Shown piece by piece: positions 13,001 to 57,880 of a stretch of DNA of 64,000 nt; positions within the stretch are counted from its first letter, which is position 1, and the number at the start of each line of letters is the position of its first letter. Position numbers and translations under genes: made by a program. Below the pieces are notes generated by a model, which saw only the letters and a list, made by a program, of their open reading frames with translations, made no database searches and was not told the origin of the DNA. The stretch comes from Tubiluchus corallicola (Eukaryota; Animalia; Priapulida): the NCBI GenBank assembly GCA_030141605.1, contig JAQGDQ010000055.1, forward strand, positions 434,001 through 498,000, read 5' to 3'.

Positions 13001-14758
13001 GATTGTGCAAAAATCAAAACCTTCCAGTAGTGCCTCACCAAAACTTATCAAGACTTAGAATAAAGCAGACATTATAAGTATATGATGGAAAATTTTTTGC
13101 TTTATCTAAGAAGATGAGATGAAGACATAATAGTAATGATTCGATAAAACTAGATTTGGCAAATTTTTGTTTACAAATTCTGTAATGAACGACACATTTT
13201 ACTTTTTTATCTAGTTATGGTGTTCATGAAAAATATTCAACTCACTGGATACAGTCAAACATTTTCCCCTTGTGCTGATACTCCACAATAGCTTGAATCA
13301 GCTGGTAATTTTCATCTAAAATCTGAAAATATAAACCTTCAATTTATAAGATTTAACGAAAAGCTAATCTGGAAAGACCGCGTAATATTGGAGACTCAAG
13401 TAAAAATAAACCGTATGTGTTGGAATTCTAAGCAGCAGACACAAATTCACTTGACTATAAAATCCAGACAATGAGTAACAAAAAAGAGAAAGTTCACCCA
13501 GTGGAGGCACCCAAAGAACTAAGCATCCTAAGAACCAACTGATGTCTTTGCAGCATTTTAATTAAGATGGGCAGCTTCTTTAATGTTTTACAGCGAAAAT
13601 ATTTTGCAAGTCTCAGAAAATGACGCTATTAAAAATGGTTGTGGAGAATTCAAAAACTAACTAAACAGATAGCTTCCTGTTCCTACTTCACTTGGCTTAC
13701 TGTAATAGCTACTGTAAGAACATAACAGAGAAGTTGGCTTCTGTTCTATGCCTATTCGCTGCAAAATCTTTGCTAATGCCATCCACTTTTTTGACTTTGA
13801 ACTTTTTATATCATATTACAGTTTCACCTTGGAATCATTTAAAAAACAATTTCAAAGCAGTCTAAAAACACAAAACAAGTATGGCCAACACAACATAAAT
13901 AACAATTTTAAATGTTTTATTTTTTTAAATTTACAAATATTAATTTTAGTACTGGAAACCTAGGTGGCTAAGCTTATAATAGGCTACCAGAATTAATAAT
14001 GAAAAAATATTTAATAACACAATACTGATAGTTTGAAAAAGTTCTAACGGTTATAAGAGTTACAAAAGTCTAATGGCTATGACAGGTATGTTATGTAAAT
14101 TAACAAAATGAATAATTTATTTAAATAAATAAAATTTTGTTTTGTTTAAAAACTAATATCACTTTGTTTAAAAAAATAGGTATTTCTTTACCAAAGTTAT
14201 AATATTATATATATATAAAGAGGTAAACTTAACACAAACAGCTAAGCCAAATGAAAATGCATGATATTAAATGTTAGCAGTGTCAGACTTGAAATAATAG
14301 GGACAAATCCACGTGCTATAAGATTCACTTGTTGTCTACATATCAACCCATTTTTTGGCATTTAAACCATAATTTGCAAACTAATTTAAGTAATAATGGC
14401 AAAAAGCATTTTTGTGAAAATATGTGCTTTTATAAAATGAACATAAATAAAACTGTTATGGCTTAGCTTAGCTATTTTACAATGTTTGACTGCAAAAACA
14501 TTTTCAGAAATCAGAATAACTATGTAGGAGAAAATATAGAAAAGTATGGGAACCTCAGATGATATTCTTCACTTTTTTACACTAATTGTGCATTCAAAAT
14601 GTTAACTCCTTTCAACCTTTACCACATCCTTTTTTAGTCTTAACCAGAGCAACCACATACCGTACCTTCTGAATCTTTGCCTGATTAGCCTGACCAGTAG
14701 GACCTGGAGGCGGTTTCAGTTTTGTATTCGCTGAAGAAGGCATGAAGCAGTTTGACAT
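2186..14758 (-). CDS. SS18: SS18/SS18L1 (SYT/CREST) family BAF-complex subunit: SSXT domain plus Q/P/G/M/S-rich low-complexity tail; 6 coding exons, ~812 aa
   Basis: Exons 14666-14758, 13246-13322, 11944-12031, 10357-10456, 8832-9008, 2186-4089 join in frame (phases 0,2,0,1,1) with GT-AG introns. Exons 1-3 give ...ANQAKIQK|ILDENYQLIQAIVEYQHKGKMFDCIQ|YQQCLHRNLIYLATIADSSQNVQALM, which is the SSXT/SNH domain with the intron positions of SS18. Confidence 0.93.
2670..3390 (-). repeat. Coding minisatellite, ~45-bp unit encoding MSNMPPVSGMHQQ(G/S)P, roughly 16 copies
   Basis: Repeated peptide in the ORF; DNA motif tgcattccagaaac recurs at ~45-nt spacing. Confidence 0.9.
5070..6781 (-). pseudogene. 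Nested, disrupted gene for a Cys-rich, probably secreted protein with CX3CX3C-X8/9-CX3CX3C modules and a Thr-rich linker (~570 codons) in SS18 intron 5
   Basis: ORF 6709-6293 extends upstream to a CAG acceptor (6782-6784) as hydrophobic WLTWLNFFLLFIKTHG. A frameshift near 6390-6413 leads into ORF 6395-5934. That frame continues through TAA (5934-5936) and TAG (5826-5828) into ORF 5732-5070, and the segment between the stops still encodes an intact Cys module (CPAVCDGQC...CKSKCEETC). Confidence 0.72.
8832..9008 (-). CDS. SS18: SS18-like exon 5
   Basis: 177 nt, CAG/GTGAA, M/Q/P/G-rich; phase 1-1. Confidence 0.82.
9971..10125 (+). mobile_element. tRNA-derived SINE (MetaSINE-like central domain)
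   Basis: A-box-like TAGTCTAGTGG and B-box-like GAGTTTGATAC, then GAGTCCTATCAAAGACCTATAAAAATGGTACCTGC; related copy at 36222. Family name is from recalled consensus only. Confidence 0.6.
10357..10456 (-). CDS. SS18: SS18-like exon 4
   Basis: 100 nt, TAG/GTATT, APMQPITGQQASDGLPPPSQSAPTSGPVSSNMP; phase consistent. Confidence 0.8.
10936..11191 (+). mobile_element. Family A TTAA-flanked (Kolobok-like) non-autonomous element, internally deleted
   Basis: TTAA|AGCAAAACCGGACCCAATC ... GTCTTCCT|TTAA; homologous to the 54867-55474 copy. Confidence 0.75.
11452..11755. repeat. Tandem repeat, ~76-77 bp x4
   Basis: Unit aatacttgtgcatcaaatttaaaacatctaggccctacac...gaatttcg starts at 11452, 11528, 11605, 11681. 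Confidence 0.9.
11944..12031 (-). CDS. SS18: SS18-like exon 3 (SSXT domain)
   Basis: 88 nt, CAG/GTAGG, YQQCLHRNLIYLATIADSSQNVQALMGLP. Confidence 0.93.
13246..13322 (-). CDS. SS18: SS18-like exon 2 (SSXT domain)
   Basis: 77 nt, CAG/GTGAG, ILDENYQLIQAIVEYQHKGKMFDCIQ. Confidence 0.93.
14666..14758 (-). CDS. SS18: SS18-like coding exon 1 (MSNCFMPSSANTKLKPPPGPTGQANQAKIQK)
   Basis: ATG at 14758; donor GTACGG; ends in IQK like SS18 exon 1. Confidence 0.85.
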
Positions 14759-16504
14759 TTCACGTCTATACGTGCTTAGGCATTAAATCTACTATTATAT
14801 CTCGCTTAAGGAATGATTCCAACACGTTAAATAAATAAAGTAACTATTATCTGCGAAATACACCATTGCGCCTGCTTCCATTTTGCATTTTCCACTGTTA
14901 GCCGCACAGCGGCAAAACACGTGAAATTGAAACACAAACTTGTTTTAAGATATAACAAGGGTTTCAGCGCGAGTTTATTTTCAACCCACGCCATAATCCT
15001 TGAGCCATACCTAGGCTAAAAGAACGGAGAGTAAACAAAAATGGTCGTCATGAACGATTTTTTGTTAGTAGACTACCATAGCAACAAGGATACAACAATG
15101 TTTGACGTTTAGGTAATCCTAATTTCGTGACTTTGATAACTTGCAAGCAAATTGCATGCCAAGTTATCATAAAAATCAATAATTGTTGGTGTTTGGGACA
15201 GTGAAGCTCAACTTGCCAGTTTGGTAGTGAGAACGGTGCTTTTACTCATACGTCTGGAAGTAAAATGGCAAAAAAACTAAAAACATACTGTAATGAGCAA
15301 TGTTAGAGTTACACCGTTGGATGCATTTAACGTAAGTACCCATAAAAACCACACGTTCTAGGACACTTGGGAGGAAGACAGTTTAGCAGTTTAGCACTTG
15401 TACATTAATGTGCAGTACGTGGCCCATGGTCAGCAGACATTTGCTTATTGAGCAGTGGGACATTTGAGCAGAGGACACTGGACATTTGCACAGTGCACAC
15501 CTGAGAAGAAGCACAATCAGCATGTAGCACAAAGGACACTGTCAATTGATCAGCAAATACAACAACACGTCAACATATTATAAACCCGGAATCTAACCAA
15601 ACTAGGGTTGTGTTCATTTAGGCAAAATACAATGAGTAACATAAAGACATTTTAGAATTGTGAAATAAAATTTATGAAAATTTGTGGGTAGTTCCGTTAA
15701 AAACGAAATTTTAAACTCCAAAATGACCTTCTTTGGAAAATAATAAAATAAGACAGGGTACTATAGAACAGAGTAGAGCTAAGTACAGAATAAATGAAAT
15801 GAGTAATAAAAATGTATTGCAACACATTATTAAATAAATTTCGCCTTTGTTTCAAACGTCGGAAGTGGATCAAGTCACCTGTTCAAAAACCCCTGTATCC
15901 AGCCCATCTGTATCCAGCCAATTTGTAGCATATCTGAAACATCCATCATTATATTCAAATTTTATTGTGACCCCCCCCCCCCACGTGTTTAAACTTGCTT
16001 GTTTATGAATTTTCCTGTGTTTAATGTTGTGTGTCCAAACGACCTGCGTCAAAACCTTTTTGCGCTAAAACTTTTTGGTGCCCAGATGTTCTGTGTCCTA
16101 GTTGCCGTTGATCCAAACGTCCTCCCTCTAAACTTCCTTGTGTACAAACATTTCTGTTGAAACTTTCTGCACCAAAGGTCCCGTTTCAAGGCCTAATTAT
16201 CCTTATGTTTGAAGTAACCTTCTGTCGAAATATCGTGTGCCTGCTGCTAATTAGCTGTCTGCCTAACTACCACCATACCTAAGTAGGTAGCTAGGTAGGT
16301 ACATAGGTTGGTAAGTTGGCAGGCAGCTAAATAAGCACATAATTGGAAAACTGTAGATAGACCGATAGAAAGGTTTAGATAGGCAAAAGTTAGACAAACT
16401 AACAAGTATGTTGGTAGATGAGTAGGTTGGTAAACAATTAAAAGTAGCAAATGAGTAGGTGCGTAGGAAGGTAGGCAAACAGTTAAAAATGACAAGCAGA
16501 CAGA

Positions 16505-16512
16505 CAGAGAGA

Positions 16513-16580
<68 letters not shown>
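16505..16580. repeat. (AG)n microsatellite
   Basis: Direct reading. Confidence 0.95.
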
Positions 16581-16584
<4 letters not shown>

Positions 16585-17423
16585 ACGTCCCAAATGTGAT
16601 TAATCATTGTACATTTCAAATGCTAAGCACTTATAGTGTTTAATAATAAAAACAAAAATAGTGTACTTTTCTCTTCAAAACTGTCATGATCTCAAATGTT
16701 AGACTGCAGGCTTTTTCATAAAACAAGATAAAAATGTTATAAAGCAAAATAGGTTTATTTACAAATTTATTTATAAATGAAATAAAAATATATTTTCCCG
16801 TCATCTTTGCCCGAACATTATCGCTCAGCTGCCTTGTGCTTACCGGCGGGCAGTAACCAATCTCTAATATCAACTCAGCAAAGGCACTATAATAGCTTTT
16901 GTATTCTTATTCTCATTAGTCTCTTATTTTTATTAAATGATGATAATAAAAAAGAAATGTAACAAATTGAAAGGTGATTGTAAAGGCGTCATTAAAACTA
17001 TTAACACGTTTACAGCATGAGATTTTTTTGTTTCAAAGTCTGCTTTTTCAGCTCTAAATCAACATACTAAGAGTTGTCGGAGTAGCGTCATTAGTTACGC
17101 ACGCTGCTACCATTCAATTACGCGCCCTATCTAGAACGTAACACAGTTGCACTTGCTAACCGGATTGAACCGGATAGCAGATATCGACCAGCCGCTACAG
17201 AACCAGATTGAACCAGATCGGCAAGCCAAGCCGCTTGCTTCACCGGTGACAGTAAACAAATACTTCATCTAGTAGCAGTAAGTTGTGAGTGAGCAAGTAG
17301 AGTGTCAAGTCGACCGCGTTGCGTCAGCCGTCGATGTAGTGCATGTGTATTGCGTGAAGCTGCTCAGAACGTAACAATTTTAAATATTTTTAGGACTGTA
17401 GCTTACAGAGTACCTGTGTAGGC

Positions 17424-40172
<22,749 letters not shown>

Positions 40173-40599
40173 TTGATAATATAATAATATAAATTTTGAG
40201 AAGTTAGATTTGTTTGCTCTTATTGTGAGGTATTATTACGTGCATGTACAGTGTACAAAAGATTATTTTTTCTATAGTATTGTTTTTTTGCAGACAATTA
40301 ACTGCTCTTGTGATTTGCTAGCTACCATATTAATGCATAAATTTATTTATTATGAAGCTTGCTCAAGAATAGTTGTGTTAATAATCGTCACTATGGTTGA
40401 ATGTAGAAGTGCTAGGTAGCGAAGATGTTGCTTGTTAATGTCTTTAAACTTTCAGAGAAAAAAATATTGAGATTCACCAATGGCTGCAGCACTGTTGCAT
40501 TTTTCGGCTATCTACAATTATCTAATACAGCAAATCACAAACTTTCACCAAAATAAATAGATAGCAGTAATAACCTGCTTTGGAATCCTATGAACCATT

Positions 40600-41365
40600 C
40601 CTTATTGATCAATAATACGCTGATGACATAAGTTGGATTAGTGTATCAAATTGTCAAACTAACACAATGAGAAGGGACTTTTCCAAAAAAATAGAGAAAA
40701 GAAATCTTCGAGTAAACCAGTCAAAAACAGAAGAATATATTATTGCAAGAGATGGTTATCAGTCTTGGAAAAAGTGCAAGTATACGGGGGCACTTTTCTA
40801 AACACCGAAGATGATATGAACAGTAGAAAGCAACAAGCAATGCATGCTTTTCTTCAGCACAAGAATGTATTAACTAACAAGAAATTAAGTCTTAACATAA
40901 GACTTCGATTATTTAATGCTTACTTATGTACAAGAGCAAAACTTGGGGTTTAACGATTACTCAAGAAAAGCAGATTGACACATTTCATAGAAGTCTTCTA
41001 AGAAAAGTTTTAAAGATGTGATGGCCATCCATAATCAAAAATGAAGATTTATATACTAGAACGAAAGAAATTCCTTGAAGTTCAAAAGTCAAGATCTGAA
41101 GATTAAGATGGCTAGGACACCTAAGATTACCAAGTGAAGCACCAGTAAGAATCGCCTTAAAGGAAGCCTTAAAACCTTGCAAAAAACTGCCTTGCAAATA
41201 AAAAACAACTTGGATAGCTAAGATAAATAAAGATGTTCAACAACATCAACCAAATCTAGCTTTAGGAGTAGAGCTGTTCAGCTGCAAGTAGGAGCGTGTG
41301 GAATACTCTAATAAATGTTAATGTCACAATGTCTACAATAGATGGAATGAGACGTTGAAGAAGTA
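40600..41365 (+). mobile_element. 5'-truncated, decayed RTE-clade LINE (RT C-terminal half)
   Basis: YADDISW at 40616; then LRVNQSKTE, LSLNIRLRLFNAY, IDTFHRSLLRKVL, WPSIIKNEDLY, RLRWLGHL, TTWIAKINKD, with stops and frameshifts. Confidence 0.8.
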
Positions 41366-41559
41366 ATAATCCAAGTACATGTGTCTACAAGATTTAATCT
41401 AGTGTTGCTGAGATCTTTAGCTAGTAGCTACATCTACAATGAACCTATGCCTACCCGGTGGCTTTTTGTCAGATTTCAGTAGGCCCAGTGCTTTGGCACT
41501 TGTTTTCCACAGAGAAAGTTCTTGGAGTCTAATAGCACGTCCTATCCACTGAAGTCATT

Positions 41560-41800
41560 TTTTGGTGTTTCTTGTCTGTGATTCTTTTCTTGGTCATCTT
41601 GTATGGCCATTAATTCTGATGCACCTAAGGTTTATGTGCAATCAACACAGGGACAAAGGTTCAACTAATGCAGACCATATTCTCACTTTTATCCTTGGCG
41701 AATTTTCTTTGCTATTGAATTTCAGTGATAAGTGATAACTTTGAATGTGCAGCCAAGCCAAATTTTTTCTTTGCTCTGTATGCTTACCGGTATGAGCTAC
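41560..41800 (-). mobile_element. Possible second RTE LINE fragment, opposite orientation
   Basis: RKNLAW...IKVRIWSALVEP resembles the RTE RKxxAW...LKIRLFxAxVES region. Confidence 0.35.
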
Positions 41801-41917
41801 TGAGATATAAAATAAAAATTTTGATTTTTCACGCATTATTTTCTTCCATACTAGACTGTGATGCTGAATTCGTTGTTTCATGTCACTAGCGCCATCTGTA
41901 CGAAGCGAAAATAAACT

Positions 41918-42601
41918 TTAAAGGGCAAGAAAAGGAGTAGCTGAAGTAGGCTTCAGAAAAATCGCCTTAAAAATTATATTACTTTATACCAATTTTATGC
42001 GTATATCGTACTCGCGTTTTGTTTGTTTTCATTTTAAATCTTCCGCAATACTGTTTCGAAGACGCCATTACATGACGTCATACACGCACATTGTAAACCA
42101 GGAGAAGAAAAGGCAATGTTAAACTATGTCCCGAAAAACTCTACATGCAAAAAAATGTTACTTAGCATTTCGCTTACCTACTTGAAATACTTACGTAACT
42201 AAAAAAGAAAGTCATTGATTATTTAAAATGCTTTCACCAATTAGTAAAATGTCGCAGACTCAACCCCCCCCCCACCCCCAGGGTGCACCACTCACTATCC
42301 AAAAGACGCATTTTTATCTTATTGACAAGATGCAGTAATTTAGCTCAGTTAGCGACGTGTGCGCTATGAATGCTCTGATTGTTCTTTTAAACTTTACTCC
42401 GTGTTATCTAAACTTGTTTCAAATGACTTATCGTCAAAATGGCTGCGTCTAACGGTCATCGCGGGAGTTTAAATTTACATGTTTTATACAGCGTTACTGC
42501 CAACGCCAGTCCTGTTTGCAAAAAGGTAGTATGTAAGTGGTATAAAATTTCAACACGAATTTTTAAGCTTTATGCAAGTGGAGAGTTTTCTTGTGCTTTA
42601 A
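41918..42601 (+). mobile_element. Family B TTAA-flanked (Kolobok-like) non-autonomous element, full length
   Basis: TTAA|AGGGCAAGAAAA ... TTTTCTTGTGCT|TTAA; homologs at 45773, 48570, 58745, 60485. Confidence 0.78.
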
Positions 42602-44099
42602 ATAAAGAACCCGTGGCATTACGCCAATAGTGTTTATAATAAAATACCGGGTAAAGAACATTAAAATGATTTAACACACGTAACACTACAGATCTCTGGG
42701 TGATTTCAGGAGAAAATAACAGTCGTATTGTGCAGTCCATACTGTCCATTCCGTCTACTGCCATATTTATGCCAAAGTCATTTTATCTTTGTTTTGTTTA
42801 CATAATCGTAATTGACCTCAAGCATATTGGTCTATCGCTCCGCCTTTATGACGTACGCTGCCCAGCGGCATTCGGGGACAACAGCTCACGCTGGATAACT
42901 GTCTTTAGTAAACAACATGACTTCTAATGTCTAATCAGCAGATAAACTAATTGTGCTTTTTCATAAACACAAATTTGCAGAGTAGCAGCTATTATCACAC
43001 GAAATTCACTTCAAGCAGCCAAAAATGACTTGTTTAAACAGAATATAGAGACGACGTTTCAAGGCACTACAAAATGCAGTGACATAAATATTGTTATAAA
43101 GAAACTAAGCCAGTTAGCCTTGCGTTAAGGCAAATGAGCACCAAAAACATTAAGTCCCTCTTGCCTTTGAACATACGAACATATCATGCCTGCGATGATT
43201 TTTTTCTGTGCTTAACTGATCATGTGCTCGTCAGCAAGATTTATCCAGTTTTTATATTTTTCTGTTTGTTAGGCTACAGAAATGGAATAAATTTGATTGT
43301 TCCATTCCATAGACGACTCTTATATCGACTGTCCGAGCTACATAAGTCCCAATGGCATCTTTTAACCATGATTATAATCAGAAAAATAGACCCCAAATTA
43401 ACTAATATTGCGTTGACATATAAAATATAAATTTTGACCACATTTGAATTAATTTGGAACCGTGAAGATCTCATCGAGGTTTATAAAAACTGCCAGGAAA
43501 GAACTTTGTCCTATTTTAAAGTTAACGAAACAGTTGTTTTTATCTAACTCGCAAAGTCATAAACTAAACTAAACTGCGTATTTTCTTGATTGCAAAACGG
43601 TTTAATCAGCAACTCACAGACGTAAGCGTTGTGCGTTTTTTCCTATAATAAACGAAACTAGACTATATATTTCCAGTAATTCACTTGCAATTTCAGTCGA
43701 CAATAATAAAATCTAGAACGAGGCCAATGTTTCTCCCGCTAACGAATGAAAAGTTGAGCATTTTTCATAACAGTATTAGACGGAGCTGCAGATAAATGTT
43801 CGGAAACAACAGGTGTTAAATAAGCTCTGCAGGGGTATGCAAATCTTGCACGCTGATTGGGCAGTCAACGAGAATGATTGACGTATGCTCGACATCAATT
43901 AGTGGACGTTACCAGAAAGTAACCGAGATTAGAGGTTTGTAGCTACATATTTAGGTTACGGCTAGATTTATTAGATAAAACTTATATAAATCTTAGACAA
44001 TTTTTACTAGATAGGGCTGTATTGCTTGTACACAATATCAAATGCTATTTTAGTATTAACATACATCGGTCCATAGGCCATAGTGTGAAGTACGCTATA

Positions 44100-44522
44100 A
44101 ACCTGGACAAAACTGCCAAACTGACATTCTTGGTCTTGAGGTTGTAGTAGAGCAAAATGATGACTTATTCAACAGAACAGAATTGAGGAATTATTTTTAG
44201 ATCCAAATTGTGAGACAGACGATGAAAACGTGATTACAGTTATTTAATTATCCGGTTTCTGTGTGCTTTTACAGACAGTTGACGACGAAGAACTTTGATG
44301 TGGCATAATTTATCAAGCTATCAGATATCGCCTGCCACATTATTGCCTGCATGCCTTTAAGTATTACCTCAAAGGCACATTGTGCTATTTTCATTTATTT
44401 TATGCAAACATTTATTTCAGTGCGTACATATGTTGTGTTGACACGTATATATAGTGATCACCAATTTTTGCAAATAAATTTCTTTTAAATAACTTTTGGT
44501 AATTTATGTAGTAGAGGGTTAA
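44100..44522 (+). mobile_element. Possible piggyBac remnant (right end)
   Basis: Ends AGGG|TTAA; upstream IACHIIACMPLSITSKAHC loosely resembles the piggyBac C-terminal Cys-rich domain; no left end found. Confidence 0.3.
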
Positions 44523-45106
44523 GAGACCAAGATAAGAGACGGAGTTGGATTTTTTGTAGTTTCACTTAACAACGTACTTAACGTAGGCCAAGTAATTTTT
44601 AAAATGCAATTTTTTGCCTACACTAAGTGCATTATTCGAAGTTACAAGATCCTCAGAATACTCAGGCTTGCAATATCAACTCATTAAATATTTACTTGCA
44701 TTAGGAAGAAAGCAGGCCATTGTTGGAAAGTTTTTATTTCTGTAATGGAGCAAGTTCTAATTTCACTACTTCAAAGAAATCCCAATGCATTGCACAAAAA
44801 TGTTCATGTATTAATATTTAATTTGTTATTTTGTGACTCAACTACAAATAATACAACATAATAATATATCACAACGTAACCTTCCCGTTCCCCGCACAAA
44901 TGCTTATCAAAATCACAATATAGAGTAATCACAAAGCAAACTGAAGGCAATGAGACTCCGAACTCCATATCGAAGATGAACATCAGTAATTTGTGGAAGC
45001 TTCGTTAATTTCAACCTTTATGTGGTTAACTCCAGTTATAATAAAGCCTTGGCAACATCAGTTTGGCTTTCTCTGTGAACTGTGTTCGATTGTTCAAAGT
45101 AATTTA

Positions 45107-54807
<9,701 letters not shown>

Positions 54808-54866
54808 CTAAAAATTAACAAAAAAAATAAGTTTGCAGGTTACGAACTCCAGTAACATTATATCGC

Positions 54867-55474
54867 TTAAAGCAAAACCGGACCCAATCTCAAACTGTCA
54901 GCCAAAACAATCTACTGTTTAAAATATTGAAAGAGAACATTCTGTTTTTTCAAAAATTATTACCACACAAACACAATATCACGTTCGCGCCACTACTTCT
55001 TCGCTGTTACATGCATTTCGCCATTCGCTAATTAGACGGGCACTAGCCCCTGCATTTCGAAGTGTTGCACAAAAAATAGGTACTGTACCTATCAGTTCAG
55101 ATGTGTTAGCTTGTGTCGAACTACACACGTTCCAAAGCTTGTACTTGAGCACAGCGGTAAATTTGAAATTTGAATTTTTATCTTAAAACTTGCCTAGTTT
55201 TAGTACAACACACTGAATATCTTACAGTAGCATTGTAGTTCAATTTTCGCTTTCGCAAACACGCTGCAACACGCTCGTGGTATATTTTTGCTGTTGAAAA
55301 TTATGTTAGTTTGTGATGTCATCAATAATTGGGCTCGCCGGGCGTTAATTAAGATTTTAATGTATTATTTAATTACCAGAAACGCTTTTGCAGTATTAAT
55401 TGTGTTAAAATGTATACTTTTTATCGGACTTGAAAATGGGGTAGCTTATGAAAAATCATCATGTCTTCCTTTAA
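54867..55474 (+). mobile_element. Family A TTAA-flanked (Kolobok-like) non-autonomous element, full length (~600 bp)
   Basis: TTAA TSD; AG...CT termini; short imperfect TIR AGCAAAAC / AGGAAGAC; at least 7 copies in window. Confidence 0.8.
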
Positions 55475-55882
55475 CTGTTGACAGTGAAAAAAACCCAACA
55501 TGTTAAATGACTTGTCCTTTCATTAAAGACTCTATAACACAATTAGTTAAGTACATTTGTAGTGGGGCAATGGAGAAGCAGCCGGGTTCAATAATGACTA
55601 GAAATAAGGTAATTACAATTAAAGTGTCGAAGAAACATAAATTATGCATACGTGTGTATTGTTCTGATAAAATGGACCAACAGCTGTAGGAGTGTAGGTG
55701 TCTGTGCCATGCTAACGCATATTTAATTAAACTTTATAATTACGAATCGATATTCTACAGCATTGGCTCACGTGCTTCTGTTATTTCATAATCACATCAA
55801 CAATTTGCTTTTAATAAATTGCCGCTCATTCGATTGCCAATCTTGTTAATGGGGTAACATTAGTCTATTTAGTGTGTACATG

Positions 55883-57099
55883 CATCGTGGCGGATTATCT
55901 ATTAGGCGCATTAGGAACGTACCTATGGACAGTCCTTTGGGGCCCCGTCAGTCTGTAGGTCAAATTAGGCATTAACGCAAACCGGCCCTAATGTTAAACT
56001 GTAGGTCAAATTAGGCATTAACGCAAACCGGCCCTAATGTTAAACTGTAGGTCAACACAACCTATTCTTTATAATATTGAGAGGAAACTATTTTTTAAAG
56101 AATGCCTTACGTGAACAAAAACAAGTGCTGTACCTCACAGTTCAGATGTATTAGTTTGTGACGAACTACACACGTTCGACAGCTCATGCGTAAGTGCAGC
56201 GGTAAATTTGAAATTTTGAATTTTCATCTTAAAACTTGCCCAATTTTATTACAACACACTGAATATCTTACAGTAACACTGTACTTCAATTTTCGCTTTG
56301 AACACGTGCGCCACGCTTGTGTAATATTTTTGCTGTCGAAAATTATGTTAGTTTGTGATGTCATCAATTGTTGGGCTCGCTGGTCGCTAATGAAGATTTT
56401 AATCTATTATTTAATTATCAGAAACGCTTTTACAGTATTATCAGTAAAATGCATACTTTTTACCGTATTTGAAAATGGGATAACATATGAAAAATCATCC
56501 TGTCTTCCTTTAAATGTAAACTGTAAAAACGAAATAACTCAAAAACCAAGCTTTAAATTGTCAATCAATTACAGCAATTAATTGGGAAAACATTTAGCCT
56601 AATCGTAAAGATATTTATCAAGCAATGGTTTAGACCTACAACTACCTACACTAATACAAAAGAATTAAAATTTAAAATAACACTAGTTGCTTAACATGCT
56701 TGCTAATATTGGTCTTCGAAAACCTCTAAAGTATAGGAAATCAGTTTATAGTTTACTTACAAGTATTAAATGATTAAAAAGAAGGCCTGGGGTAATATCA
56801 CTCTACTGGCTGTGGGCTTAAAGGTCTCTAGGGGTCACTGAAATAACGTGTAATCTGACGTGTCACGATACAAGTACGTATTGTTTGTTTTGTCAAAACA
56901 CAATGCAAAAACCAATTACCAATGTTAGCCAATTTAAGCATTCAGAATTCATCTTTGATTGCTGAAAACTTGACCTCGGAGAGTGTTAAAATGCGGGAAG
57001 CGTCGGTTTCCGGGATTCCACCTCGAACACCGGTAGGGGAGCTTACAGAACCCCTAGGTGTTGTGCTTAGGAGCCCCTGTAACTCTTAATCCGCCACTG
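55883..57099. mobile_element. hAT-type element carrying a nested family A insertion (55972-56513)
   Basis: Ends CA(TC)GTGGCGGATTA / TAATCCGCCACTG; 8-bp flanks TGTACATG / TGTACATA. Confidence 0.65.
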
Positions 57100-57816
57100 T
57101 GTACATACAAAATAATTCGCATCAGAGAATCAAAAATGGCGAATCATCAAGTATCTCTCGTCCCCCCCCCGATATTTTGTGAGCTATTGCAGGAATACAT
57201 TTCAGACAAGTTGAAGGCCTATAGTTTTTACTCGCTCGCGATTATTTTTCTAAAGAAAGCGCGTATTTTGAACCGTTTTGATTCACAAACCGTTTACTTT
57301 AATATGTCAACAAAATTCATTGCTCGTTTATCAACGCTAAGCAAATAGGAAGTCAAGCACTGAAGTTTATTATGATCACCAATCTGATCATCAATCACTT
57401 TATAGAATCTAAATGAATATTTAAACACGCACCACCTGTATACGTTAATGAATTTGCTGACTACATATGGGTGGCGTGAAAGTATACTTGTACTGTAAAT
57501 GCCTTGATAGAAGAAAAACAGTGAAAGTGCTTAAAAATCTGCCTAACCAATGAACTAACCAACCAAGCTACTCACCAATCAACTAACCCACCGATCGACT
57601 TGCTCAACAAAAACCAATCAATCAATAAAAAATCAGCTAGTGAACCACCCTGTTAACCACGCAACCAATGAACCAACCAACCGATCGACTCTTCGAACGA
57701 CAAAGTAAACAACCGACCAACATATCAACAATGCTTCTTTTTTTCTTATTTCTTATTTCTTCTTTCTTTCTTTATTTATTCCTTTTTTCCTTCTTTTCTT
57801 CCCACCCTTCATTCCT

Positions 57817-57880
<64 letters not shown>

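Noticed and set aside
43835-43865. Octamer ATGCAAAT plus CCAAT box as a histone or snRNA promoter
   Set aside because: No histone ORF or recognisable snRNA nearby; probably part of a transposon remnant.
55288-56581. Recurrent 'MLLKIMLVCD...YEKSSCLPL' ORFs as a small gene family
   Set aside because: They fall inside family A transposon copies and the frame is not conserved among copies.
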